Shown here piece by piece: positions 9,613-19,652 of a stretch of 32,000 nt of DNA. A model generated the notes under the pieces. It was given only the letters and a program-made list of their open reading frames with translations. It was not told where the DNA came from and did no database searches. The DNA comes from Candidatus Saccharimonadota bacterium. GTDB lineage: Bacteria; Pseudomonadota; Alphaproteobacteria; Rickettsiales; Anaplasmataceae. Positions within the stretch are counted from its first letter, which is position 1, and every line of letters starts with the position of its first letter. The translations under genes were made by a program, and so were the position numbers. The stretch lies in the NCBI RefSeq assembly GCF_025021925.1, contig NZ_CP092368.1, positions 300,001 through 332,000 of the forward strand, given 5' to 3'.

Positions 9613-9965
9613 ACTGTTCATTATCATAATCTTTATTCAATGCATTTTCAATGTCTCAATTTAAGGAAGCAATGTTTTGACATATAAAACTTTATCTCTT
9701 GGGAAGTAAGATCGTTTAGGATTTAGTACTATTAACATAGATTTAGTATTACTTAATAATTTATTCACTTATTTATACTCATCATATATATTCTCAGAAT
9801 ACTCTTTGAGATAAATATTCTTGAAACTGTTATTTTGAGCAATCTTACAGAGAATAAAAATTATTGATAGATATTCTATAGTGAAATAACATATTAATTA
9901 CTTAATCTATGATTGAATTTCAACAACTTATTTACTAATCATAGTCTTCATTTCTTCATTAAATT

Positions 9966-10002
9966 TATTTTGATCTTTGCTAATGTATTTTGATCTTTAC
10001 TA
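9966..10002. repeat. Near-perfect 17-bp direct repeat with 20-bp period
   Basis: tattttgatctttgcta (9966-9982) and tattttgatctttacta (9986-10002) match at 16 of 17 positions. They lie in the 509-bp non-coding spacer upstream of sdhA. Confidence 0.9.
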
Positions 10003-10121
10003 TTGAATAGTACAGTAGTAATGTATCACAATTTTTATGTTTGGCTTTTTAATATTGTATAGCGTTCATTGCTATGCTATGATATGATCCATCACTATAA
10101 TAATTTGTAAGATAATACATT

Positions 10122-11921
10122 ATGAATGATTCATCATATGATATCATAAATCATGAATATGATGTAGTGGTTGTAGGAGCAGGTGGTGCGGGGCTAAGAG
10201 CAACACTTGGCATTGCAGCAACTAATTTGTCAGTTGCATGTATTTCTAAGATCTTTCCTACTAGAAGTCATACAGTAGCAGCACAAGGTGGAATTAGTGC
10301 AGCATTAGGAAATATTGATGAGGATGATTGGAGATGGCATGCATATGATACAATCAAAGGTTCAGATTGGCTTGGTGATCAAGATGCAATAGAATATATG
10401 TGTAAAAATGCTTCTAAAGCTGTGATTGAACTTGAAAATTTTGGCGTTCCTTTTTCTCGTATCGAGAATGGTAAAATATATCAGCGCACCTTTGGTGGTA
10501 TGACTACTCATTTCGGATCAGGCAAATTAGCATATCGTACATGCGCAGCGGCAGATAAAACTGGACATGCTATCTTACATACACTATATCAACAGTGCCT
10601 AAAATTGAATGCTGAATTTTTTGTTGAATATTTCGTTATTGATTTAATTATGGAGAATGAAATATGTAGAGGTGTATTAGCTTGGTCTCTATGTGAAGGG
10701 ACAATACATATCTTTCGAGCACATAGAGTCATTTTAGCAACAGGTGGATATGGACGAGTGTATTTGTCTTCGACAAGTGCACATACTTGCACAGGTGATG
10801 GGAATGGGATGATTACAAGAGCTGGATTACCACTACAAGATATGGAATTTGTACAATTTCATCCTACTGGAATATATGGTGCAGGATGCTTGATTACAGA
10901 GGGATGCCGTGCTGAAGGAGGGTACTTGATTAATTCTCAAGGAGTAAAGTTTATGGAAAATTATGCTCCAAAAGTTAAAGATTTAGCATCGCGTGATGTA
11001 GTAAGTCGTGCAATTACAACTGAAATTAGGGAAGGAAGAGGTGTAGGTTTACAATATGATCATATTTATTTAACTATAGCGCATCTTGATCCAGAGGTAA
11101 TCAGAACAAGACTACCAGGCGTGATAGAAACTGCAAAGACCTTTGCTAATGTTGATGTCACAAAAGATCCTATACCAGTTGTGCCTACAGTGCATTATAA
11201 TATGGGAGGTATCCCGACAAATTATCATGGAGAAGTTATCACCTTAAGACAGAATAAAGAAACAATAATAGAAGGATTATTTTCAATTGGAGAAGCAGCA
11301 TGTGTCTCTGTTCATGGTGCAAATAGACTGGGTTCTAATTCATTGCTTGATATTATTGTTTTTGGTCGAGCATCTGCATTACGAATACAAGAAACACTAA
11401 AAACCAATACTCTTCATAAAAAATTACATTCAGATTGTACAGATTGGATTATAGATAGATTTCATAAAATGAGATTTGCTTCTGGAGATATAAAAGTATC
11501 AAAAATAAGATCTGAAATGCAAAATACAATGCAAAAATATGCATCAGTCTTTCGCGTTGATCAAGTGTTAGAACAAGGTCAAAAAGTTATCAAACATGTT
11601 GCAAAAATGATGTCTAATATTTTAATTGAAGATCGAAGTATGATATGGAATTCTGATCTCGTTGAAGCATTAGAACTATCTAATATGATACCACAAGCAG
11701 TGATTACTATGGAATGTGCTGCTAATCGTCAGGAAAGTAGAGGTGCGCATGCACGTGAAGATTTTCCTGACCGTGATGATCAGAATTGGTGTAAACATAG
11801 TCTAGCATGGATTGAAAAAATACAAGAAAATATGAGTGTAAAAATTGATTATAAAAAAGTTTCTGAGCATACACTCAGTAGTGATTTACACTTTATTGTA
11901 CCAGAAAAGAGAAGATATTAA
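10122..11921 (+). CDS. sdhA: Succinate dehydrogenase flavoprotein subunit
   Basis: 599-aa ORF with FAD-binding [14 protein letters not shown], the covalent-FAD His region [21 protein letters not shown], and the C-terminal [12 protein letters not shown]... motifs typical of SdhA. Confidence 0.95.
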   Translation: MNDSSYDIINHEYDVVVVGAGGAGLRATLGIAATNLSVACISKIFPTRSHTVAAQGGISAALGNIDEDDWRWHAYDTIKGSDWLGDQDAIEYMCKNASKAVIELENFGVPFSRIENGKIYQRTFGGMTTHFGSGKLAYRTCAAADKTGHAILHTLYQQCLKLNAEFFVEYFVIDLIMENEICRGVLAWSLCEGTIHIFRAHRVILATGGYGRVYLSSTSAHTCTGDGNGMITRAGLPLQDMEFVQFHPTGIYGAGCLITEGCRAEGGYLINSQGVKFMENYAPKVKDLASRDVVSRAITTEIREGRGVGLQYDHIYLTIAHLDPEVIRTRLPGVIETAKTFANVDVTKDPIPVVPTVHYNMGGIPTNYHGEVITLRQNKETIIEGLFSIGEAACVSVHGANRLGSNSLLDIIVFGRASALRIQETLKTNTLHKKLHSDCTDWIIDRFHKMRFASGDIKVSKIRSEMQNTMQKYASVFRVDQVLEQGQKVIKHVAKMMSNILIEDRSMIWNSDLVEALELSNMIPQAVITMECAANRQESRGAHAREDFPDRDDQNWCKHSLAWIEKIQENMSVKIDYKKVSEHTLSSDLHFIVPEKRRY

Positions 11922-11922
11922 T

Positions 11923-11960
11923 TTTCTCTCTCATCATATGGAGATGATGAAGAGAAGAAA
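11923..11960 (+). terminator. Candidate intrinsic terminator after sdhA
   Basis: The hairpin starts 2 nt after the sdhA stop. tttctctctcatcat (11923-11937) pairs with atgatgaagagaagaaa (11944-11960), giving 15 bp with two 1-nt bulges and a 6-nt loop, followed by TTTG. Confidence 0.35.
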
Positions 11961-12105
11961 TTTGCAATATATACTGAGCGATTTTTCCTAATAAATAATA
12001 GAGGCTACTATCACAAATATATATTGCTCATTTTATATAACATTTGTATATCTCAGATTACTTAGATTAAATTTTTCATTTTTAGATATCATTTTAAGAA
12101 TTCAC

Positions 12106-13449
12106 ATGCAGCACTCAATATTTCATACTTGGAATTTACTACTCTCTGGACAAAAAGCAGGTTACAGAATAGCATATATAAACGCTCGTATCATTGATCC
12201 AGACACTAAGCTTGATATTCAAGGTACACTATTAACTGAAGGAGATAAAATTATTGATTTCGGTCAGTCTTTATTTTTAGATGGGGTACCAAATAGTGTG
12301 CATGAAATCGTAGATTGTAGAGGTCTAATACTCATGCCAGGGTTGATTGATCTTCATGTACATTTTCGTGAACCAGGTCAAGAATCTAAAGAAACAATAT
12401 ATACAGGGAGTAAATCTGCAGCTAAGGGTGGTGTCACCACTGTTGTATGTCAGCCCAATACTATCCCTGCAATTGATAATGAAATAATAGCGCAATTTAT
12501 TAAATATAAAGCATTCGAGACATCTCATGTGAATATAGAATTTTATGGTAAAATTACCAATTCAAAGGGTGCTTTAACTGATATGGCATTACTAAAGAAA
12601 TCAGGAGCAGTTGGATTTACTGATGATGGTATGTCAGTAATGAACGCAATGATTATGCGACAAGCATTACTATATTCAAGTATGTTAAATCTTCCTATTG
12701 CACAACATGCAGAAGATATCAATCTATCAGCAGCAGGAGTAATAAATGAAGGTAAAATTTCTGAAGAACTAGGAGTAAAAGGCATATTAAATGCTGCAGA
12801 ATCAATAATAGTCAATAGAGATATATTACTAATGAAAGATATCAAAAACGTACATTATCATTTACTACATGTATCAACACAAGATTCTCTTGATGCTATA
12901 AAACGTGCAAAAGAGGAAGGATTGAATGTCACATGTGAAGCTACACCTCATCATTTTACTTTAAATGAAGATGTCGTTAAGATATATGGATCACTTGCAA
13001 AAATGAATCCTCCATTGCGCACTGAGCAAGATCGTATATCTATTGTTGAAGGTTTAAAATCAGGTCTAATTGATTGCATTGCAACAGATCATGCACCACA
13101 TGAAGATCATACTAAAGACCTACCACTTGAGCGTGCTGCTTTTGGTATCATAGGTCTTGAAACTTTATTACCATTAGCACTTGAACTATATTATAGTGGC
13201 AATATGAATTTATATGACGTACTTGCAAAATTAACGCATAAGCCTGCAGATATAATACGGGTACCTCGTGGTAGAATACAAAAAGATTATGTTGCTGATT
13301 TAATTATAGTAGATCTAGCCCATGAATGGGAAATCAATATTGAGTGCTTTGCTAGTAAATCAAAAAATTCTCCTTTTCAGAAACGAAGAGTAAAAGGACA
13401 TGTAGTCAAAACTATTATATCTGGAAAAACCGTATATTCATTAGAATAA
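12106..13449 (+). CDS. pyrC: Dihydroorotase
   Basis: 447-aa amidohydrolase with LMPGLIDLHVHFREPG, AAKGGVTTV, HLLHVST, CEATPHH, and DCIATDHAPH motifs of class I dihydroorotase. Confidence 0.9.
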   Translation: MQHSIFHTWNLLLSGQKAGYRIAYINARIIDPDTKLDIQGTLLTEGDKIIDFGQSLFLDGVPNSVHEIVDCRGLILMPGLIDLHVHFREPGQESKETIYTGSKSAAKGGVTTVVCQPNTIPAIDNEIIAQFIKYKAFETSHVNIEFYGKITNSKGALTDMALLKKSGAVGFTDDGMSVMNAMIMRQALLYSSMLNLPIAQHAEDINLSAAGVINEGKISEELGVKGILNAAESIIVNRDILLMKDIKNVHYHLLHVSTQDSLDAIKRAKEEGLNVTCEATPHHFTLNEDVVKIYGSLAKMNPPLRTEQDRISIVEGLKSGLIDCIATDHAPHEDHTKDLPLERAAFGIIGLETLLPLALELYYSGNMNLYDVLAKLTHKPADIIRVPRGRIQKDYVADLIIVDLAHEWEINIECFASKSKNSPFQKRRVKGHVVKTIISGKTVYSLE

Positions 13450-13486
13450 ATATTCTGTGCAATCATCATTGAAGAGATATCCTCTG

Positions 13487-14887
13487 CTAATATCCAGTTA
13501 ATGTTCTTGCTACAAATTCTTTCACCGTAGGTATATGCCCTTCATCGTAGAAAGGATCTTGTCTAAATTTATATACATTGTCTCCTGCAAACATCAATTC
13601 CTGCTCAATATTACCATTATGTATAATATTTTGTAGAGTTTTTTGTATGCAAAAACTACGTGGATCTGGCTTACATCCTGTAGTATGATTATCATGATCT
13701 TTCCAATTACTAAATAAACAATGACTTAAACATCCCATACAATTGATTTGATCCTTTCTAATTTCTGCAAATTTATTTGGTGTTAAAAAGATTACAGTGG
13801 AATCAGGAGTTCTTAATGCTTCTGAATACCCTTCTGCAATCCATTTCTTGATCATAACTTGATCTTTTGCAGTAAAATAAATCTTTCGTTTACGTGCACC
13901 AACTTGAAATTCATAGGTAAATTGTACATCTGGATTTTCTGAAAAAGATACTTGATGAGAGAGTCTCTCTTGTAATTCAATGATAAAATCATTCTTTACA
14001 GCAGATGAATAAAATCCAGTTGGACTAAATTTATTTAAAAATACATCACCTTGCTTTAAATTTAGTAACTTCTTTTTCCATTCTATAGAAATAGGACTTT
14101 CTTGTGTTAAAAGAGGACGAGTACCAAACTGAAAAGCTATTGGTCCTATTTTGATATTATTAAACCAATGCTTCCAATCTTTTAAATACCATACTCCTCC
14201 TGCCATAATAATTGGTGTATTAAAAAGACCAATCTCATTCATAAAGATTCTAAGTGCAGCAACTCGCTCAAAAGGATTCTGTGGTACTGCCGGATCTTCA
14301 TTATTACTCAATCCATTGTGGCCTCCAGCTAACCATGGATCTTCATATACAACTCCCCCTAACCATTCAGAAGTCTTATAATACGCACGTTTCCATAAAG
14401 CTCTAAATGCTCGTGCAGATGAAATAATAGGATAGTAATATACTTGATAAGTCTCTGCAATTGCTCCTAATTGATATGGCATGCCAGCACCACATGTAAT
14501 ACCATGCACTAAGTGCTTCACTTGCTGTAACGTTCTGTGAAGCACGAATTCCGCTGATCCCATTTCCCATAGTACATTCATGTGAATTCTTCCGTGACCT
14601 TTGGATATTTCATTTGCAATTCTTGCTTGACTAATTGCAGCTTGAATACTATGCTCAATTAATTCGTTATGTTTTTCATACCTTGTTCTGCCTTTATAAA
14701 TTAATGGTACAATTTCACCATTCTCATCAATCAATTTACAGTTTGCACCAGAAAATGTACCTATAGCATCTTCTGCAGCAAATGCTCCACTTGACCGACC
14801 ATCACTCACTGCGATTCCTTTTCCACCTTCAATAATAGGCCATACCTCTTTGCCAGACATCCATATTTTTTTTATCTTGTCTTTCAA
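13487..14887 (-). CDS. Nitronate monooxygenase / 2-nitropropane dioxygenase-family flavoprotein
   Basis: 466-aa ORF with a TIM-barrel flavoenzyme pattern (PIIEGGKGIAVS, ITCGAGMP, PIIMAGGV) plus a Cys-rich C-terminal segment (CMGCLSHC). The family assignment comes from motif recollection only. Confidence 0.55.
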   Translation of the reverse strand: MKDKIKKIWMSGKEVWPIIEGGKGIAVSDGRSSGAFAAEDAIGTFSGANCKLIDENGEIVPLIYKGRTRYEKHNELIEHSIQAAISQARIANEISKGHGRIHMNVLWEMGSAEFVLHRTLQQVKHLVHGITCGAGMPYQLGAIAETYQVYYYPIISSARAFRALWKRAYYKTSEWLGGVVYEDPWLAGGHNGLSNNEDPAVPQNPFERVAALRIFMNEIGLFNTPIIMAGGVWYLKDWKHWFNNIKIGPIAFQFGTRPLLTQESPISIEWKKKLLNLKQGDVFLNKFSPTGFYSSAVKNDFIIELQERLSHQVSFSENPDVQFTYEFQVGARKRKIYFTAKDQVMIKKWIAEGYSEALRTPDSTVIFLTPNKFAEIRKDQINCMGCLSHCLFSNWKDHDNHTTGCKPDPRSFCIQKTLQNIIHNGNIEQELMFAGDNVYKFRQDPFYDEGHIPTVKEFVARTLTGY

Positions 14888-15047
14888 GCGTTCCTCATAA
14901 TTTTAATATTCTATTTTACTTAGTTTACTCAAAAATCATAGATGTTTCTTTTTTTAGTACTGAGAGATTATGATCAAGTAGTATTTTTACTATTGAGTAG
15001 ATATATATGCTATATATTAGATGAATAATTTACTATATATTCATAAC

Positions 15048-15665
15048 ATGATTATAGGATTAACAGGTGGCATGGGAGTAGGAAAGACTTTTATAGCTTC
15101 TTGTTTTGCGCAGCTTGGTGCATCCGTCTTTTATGCAGATGATACTGTACATTCACTCTATAAGACAGATAAAAAAATTATAGATTATGCTAGAACATAT
15201 TTTGTTGATACTATCATAAATAATGAAATTAATAGAAATAAATTATCTCAGTACTTCTTATTATATGACGAAACTTGGAAAAGATTTCAATCTTTAGTAC
15301 ATACAACTGTACTAAATAAATTAAATGTGTTTATTGATAATATCAGTAATCAAGATAATGCTCTCATTGTATTAGATATTCCACTGTTATTAGAAACACA
15401 ATTTCATTTATATTGTAATTTAATCTTATTTGTACATGTAGATTATTCCTTACAACTGCAAAGATTGCATTCACGTCATATTAATATTAATTATCTTAAG
15501 CTTGTAAATTATCTTCAACTTCCAAGTAAAGCAAAAAGAAAGATGAGTACTTATGCTATAGATGGCAGTCTAAACAAACATCATATATTTTTTCAAGTAC
15601 AAAATATCGTACATGCACTTGACTATCAACACTATCATTTTAATTTATCAAACATAGTTCTTTAA
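15048..15665 (+). CDS. coaE: Dephospho-CoA kinase
   Basis: MIIGLTGGMGVGKT P-loop at the N-terminus, ADDTVHSLY, and LDIPLLLE, all typical of CoaE. The ATG at 15048 is preferred; the ORF is open from the ATG at 15021. Confidence 0.85.
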   Translation: MIIGLTGGMGVGKTFIASCFAQLGASVFYADDTVHSLYKTDKKIIDYARTYFVDTIINNEINRNKLSQYFLLYDETWKRFQSLVHTTVLNKLNVFIDNISNQDNALIVLDIPLLLETQFHLYCNLILFVHVDYSLQLQRLHSRHININYLKLVNYLQLPSKAKRKMSTYAIDGSLNKHHIFFQVQNIVHALDYQHYHFNLSNIVL

Positions 15666-15673
15666 GTAATGTA

Positions 15674-16843
15674 TTAATTCTCTATACGAAAACTACGAAG
15701 TTTGATTGTCTCATTTATATCTTGCGTTGCTGAAATTTCAAATTTTGACTGTGCACTTAAAAAGGATTCAATGTCACTACCAAAAAAATTATATCTCCAT
15801 CCTTTGAATACTTTATCTGTATTGCCAGAAATTGATCTACTGAGTTCATTTTTTGATACCACTAGCTTTCTTGAAATGTTATTTTCTTGACATTTACCTT
15901 CTAAAATAATTGATAAAATATCAAGTATAGATTTGTCATAACAAGTGATATGAGTCTCAGGGCTCTGAGAAGAGATTAATTCATTGTGATTAAAAATCTT
16001 CACTAATTCTAGTAAATCTTTATCTTTGATATTATGAGATGTTTTTTTGATATCATGTATAATATTATTAATATTCTCGATCTTATGTTCAATGAAACCT
16101 CTTAATATTGCATGATTAATGATCTTATTACGATTGATATTATATCTCTGTGCCAAGGTTTCTTGCCATTCGATTACAGACTTAATTAGTAATGCATATT
16201 TGGAGTTATCTACATAAAGACATTTAAGTCTCTTCCACGCGTGCTTTGGATGATACATGTACTGATTTATATCACTTAATGATTCCATTTCTTCTTGAAA
16301 CCATATTATTCTATTATTTTGTACAAGTTTATTAAATAAAATTTGATATAAATGATATAGATAGATTACATCATTGAGAGCATAATCTAATTGATCTTGA
16401 GATAAAGGACGTTGTAACCAATTAGAATGTTTAGCTTTGATTTTATCTAGAGATATTCCTTGATATTCTTTAACTATTTGTGAATAACCAACAAATTCAT
16501 AGTAATAATCACAAAACATAGCTGCAATTTGTGTATCAAAAATAGGGCGTGGAATACATTTAAAGATAGTGAATAAAGATTCAATATCTTGTCTACAGCT
16601 ATGAAATACTTTTGTAATGTTCTGCGATAACATTAGCATCTTAATAGCAGATAAGTCAATAGTATGTGCTAATGCATCTACAATAAAACTTTTCGTTCCA
16701 AAAGAAATCTGTATTAGAGATAATATTGGATAATAAGTGATATTATTCCTAATAAATTCTGTGTCTATTGCTATGAATTTATTATTTTGAGATATCAATT
16801 CCTGACAAATGTTTTCTAATGCTGCAGTTGTGTTGATAATCAT
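15674..16843 (-). CDS. rnd: Ribonuclease D
   Basis: 389-aa ORF with DEDDy 3'-5' exonuclease motifs (IAIDTEF, KVFHSCRQDIE, YALNDVIYL) followed by an HRDC-like region. Confidence 0.85.
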   Translation of the reverse strand: MIINTTAALENICQELISQNNKFIAIDTEFIRNNITYYPILSLIQISFGTKSFIVDALAHTIDLSAIKMLMLSQNITKVFHSCRQDIESLFTIFKCIPRPIFDTQIAAMFCDYYYEFVGYSQIVKEYQGISLDKIKAKHSNWLQRPLSQDQLDYALNDVIYLYHLYQILFNKLVQNNRIIWFQEEMESLSDINQYMYHPKHAWKRLKCLYVDNSKYALLIKSVIEWQETLAQRYNINRNKIINHAILRGFIEHKIENINNIIHDIKKTSHNIKDKDLLELVKIFNHNELISSQSPETHITCYDKSILDILSIILEGKCQENNISRKLVVSKNELSRSISGNTDKVFKGWRYNFFGSDIESFLSAQSKFEISATQDINETIKLRSFRIEN

Positions 16844-17161
16844 AATATTGTGAAGTATCGTAAAAAGTACTTAAATCTTGCATAATTAGACAAACTCTCT
16901 TTGAATATATAGTTACGAAATTATATCTTCAATGTCAATGCCTGATTTTTTCTCTCATATAATGCTTCGCCTTCAATCTACATCATTAATTCTATTTTTT
17001 TTATGTTATGCATATGATTTAACTTAAATCTATAGATGATGTATTCTTAATAGATTGTATTCTTGCCTTATAGATCAGATCTATTTATCATGATACTTTA
17101 AATTTAAAATTAATAATTTATAGCTTAAATAATCATAATGCTTTAATATGTATTAAAAATA

Positions 17162-18487
17162 ATGTTTACAAGATTTGCTCCCAGTCCTACAGGTCGCCTG
17201 CATGTTGGCAACATACGTACTGCTTTAGTATGTTGGATGTATGCACGAAGTCAAAAAGGAAAATTTTTACTGAGAATTGATGATACTGATCCTCAGCGCT
17301 CACATGTACAATATATAGATCATATAATACAAGACTTAAAGTGGATTGGTATCAATTGGGATGAGAGCTTTAAACAATCAGAACGCTTTCAGAGATATAA
17401 CGAGATATTTTTACATCTAATACAAAGGGGATATATTTATGCATGCTATGACACAAGAGAAGAATTAGAGAAAAAAAGAAAATTGCAATTACAAAATAAC
17501 AAGCCACCTATATATGATAGACAAGGACTACTGCTCATCGAACAAGAAAAAATTGATTATGAATCTTCAGGAAGAAGGCCACATTTTAGATTTAAGTTAG
17601 ATCATAATGAAATGATCACTTGGAATGATCAAATTAAAGGTAAGATCAATATTGCAGTAAAAAACATCAGTGATCCTATCATCAAAAGAGAAAATGGAAT
17701 GTATACATATACTTTACCTTCTATAATAGATGATCTTGATTTCAAGATAACACATATAGTACGAGGAGAGGATCATATAACAAATACTGCGATTCAAATA
17801 CAAATCATTAAGATATTAAATACTAAGATTCCTATATTTGCTCATCTGCCATTAATGCATTTTAATACAAATAAAATGTCTAAAAGATATGGTAGTATAG
17901 ATTTGCAATCTATCATAGATAAAGAAATTGAACCTATGGCATTAATGAGTTATTTAATGCAGCTTGGTACATCTCACACAATATACCCTCATTTTAATAT
18001 TCAATCTTTAATAGAATTATTTAATATACACAAATTTAGTGTTGCTCCTGTGCAATTTCACTTATCTGAAATATATAAAATAAATAGTAAAATACTTAAA
18101 AACACACCATTTGCAGAAATAAAAGAACGTTTAAGTTATATTGGAATTCATTCTCAACAATTTTGGGATCTTGTAAAAGATAATATCACAAAAGTGTCAG
18201 AAGCCAAGATATGGTGGAATATTTGTACATCAAAGATTACTCCTATTATACTTGATAGCAAGATTATAAATGTTGCTCTTGAGACTCTACCTCAAGATGA
18301 GTTTTCTCATAAGATTCTCTTAGAATGGGTAGATAGTATTCAGCAAATTACTCACGTAACAAGAAAAAAAATCTTTATGCATTTGCGTGTAGCCTTAACA
18401 GGTTTAAAGATAGGTCCAGAACTTGCACAGTTATTAACTTTTATAGGCAAAAAGAAAATCATCACAAGATTAAAATATCATCAATAA
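17162..18487 (+). CDS. gltX: Glutamate--tRNA ligase
   Basis: Class I aaRS with [19 protein letters not shown] (HIGH-type motif), LRIDDTD, and KMSKR. The 441-aa length is typical of the short Rickettsiales GltX. Confidence 0.93.
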   Translation: MFTRFAPSPTGRLHVGNIRTALVCWMYARSQKGKFLLRIDDTDPQRSHVQYIDHIIQDLKWIGINWDESFKQSERFQRYNEIFLHLIQRGYIYACYDTREELEKKRKLQLQNNKPPIYDRQGLLLIEQEKIDYESSGRRPHFRFKLDHNEMITWNDQIKGKINIAVKNISDPIIKRENGMYTYTLPSIIDDLDFKITHIVRGEDHITNTAIQIQIIKILNTKIPIFAHLPLMHFNTNKMSKRYGSIDLQSIIDKEIEPMALMSYLMQLGTSHTIYPHFNIQSLIELFNIHKFSVAPVQFHLSEIYKINSKILKNTPFAEIKERLSYIGIHSQQFWDLVKDNITKVSEAKIWWNICTSKITPIILDSKIINVALETLPQDEFSHKILLEWVDSIQQITHVTRKKIFMHLRVALTGLKIGPELAQLLTFIGKKKIITRLKYHQ

Positions 18488-18695
18488 ATACAATATCAAC
18501 ATTCGAAATATTTATATGTATTAAAATCACAGAAATATTTGATTGTTCACATATATTGAAATATCATACTTATTTAATAATTTTAAGATATGCATCTTAT
18601 AATATAATATCAAAAAAATTTTCTTTAAGAATCTATTATTGACATCCTTGATTATATATCAAAGATATTATTGACATATCAATGTAGATTTTATA

Positions 18696-18724
18696 TTGAC
18701 TATTACAATAAATTATACTATAAA
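18696..18724 (+). promoter_or_regulatory. Candidate sigma70 promoter for the rpsL operon
   Basis: TTGACT (18696-18701), a 17-nt spacer, then TATAAA (18719-18724), 42 nt upstream of the rpsL ATG. It is the third of three closely spaced TTGAC(A/T) motifs. This is a motif match only. Confidence 0.4.
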
Positions 18725-18765
18725 GTACTCACTTAGCTATATTTAATGAGTGTGTCTATAAAAAT

Positions 18766-19140
18766 ATGCCAACTATAAATCAGCTAGTACGTCAGGGAAG
18801 AAAGAGTGTAACTTATAACAATAAGGTACCAGCTTTAGGAAAAGGATGTCCTCAAAAAAGAGGTGTGTGCACTAAAGTGTATACCACTACCCCTAGAAAA
18901 CCTAATTCAGCATTACGTAAAGTGGCAAGAGTAAGAATTACTGGATATGGCGAGGTGACGGCATATATTCCGGGAGAAGGGCATAATTTACAAGAACACT
19001 CTGTAGTCTTGATACGCGGGGGAAGAGTAAAAGATTTACCAGGTGTTCGTTATCATATAATAAGAGGTGCACTTGATCTACGTGGTGTGCAGAATAGAAA
19101 GAAAGCTCGTTCAAAATATGGTGTCAAACAATCTAATTAA
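18766..19140 (+). CDS. rpsL: 30S ribosomal protein S12
   Basis: MPTINQLVR...[29 protein letters not shown]...[28 protein letters not shown] is near-invariant S12 sequence. Confidence 0.97.
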   Translation: MPTINQLVRQGRKSVTYNNKVPALGKGCPQKRGVCTKVYTTTPRKPNSALRKVARVRITGYGEVTAYIPGEGHNLQEHSVVLIRGGRVKDLPGVRYHIIRGALDLRGVQNRKKARSKYGVKQSN

Positions 19141-19146
19141 AAATAT

Positions 19147-19629
19147 ATGAGTCGTAAAAATAAAGCAAAAAAAAGAGAAATTAATCCTGATGCCCGTTAT
19201 GGTAGTATTTTACTCATGCGTTTTATTAATACGATTATGAAATGTGGTGAAAAATCTATTGCAGAAAGAATTACTTATCATGCATTAGCATTAGCTGAGA
19301 AAAAAATAGGTTCAGGAAGTGCAATATCTATTTTTGAAACAGCTGTTACAAATGTAACACCTGCTGTAGAAGTGCGTTCCAGGCGTATTGGAGGCACAAC
19401 TTATCAAGTACCTGTTGAAGTACGCAGAGATAGAGCGATCTCTTTAGCTTTAAGATGGATTGCAAAATCAGCTACTACTATTCGTAAAAAGAATGGACAA
19501 AGTTCAGCTTATTGCTTGTACTCTGAAATTATAGATGCATATAATAAACGTGGAGGTGCATTCAAGATACGTGAAGATAAATATAAAATGGCTGAAGCTA
19601 ACAAAGCTTTTTCTCACTTTCGTTTTTAA
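19147..19629 (+). CDS. rpsG: 30S ribosomal protein S7
   Basis: 160-aa ORF 6 nt after rpsL with S7 motifs: [39 protein letters not shown], and [10 protein letters not shown]. Confidence 0.97.
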   Translation: MSRKNKAKKREINPDARYGSILLMRFINTIMKCGEKSIAERITYHALALAEKKIGSGSAISIFETAVTNVTPAVEVRSRRIGGTTYQVPVEVRRDRAISLALRWIAKSATTIRKKNGQSSAYCLYSEIIDAYNKRGGAFKIREDKYKMAEANKAFSHFRF

Positions 19630-19652
19630 TAATAAGCCAGTTGAATGATGTT

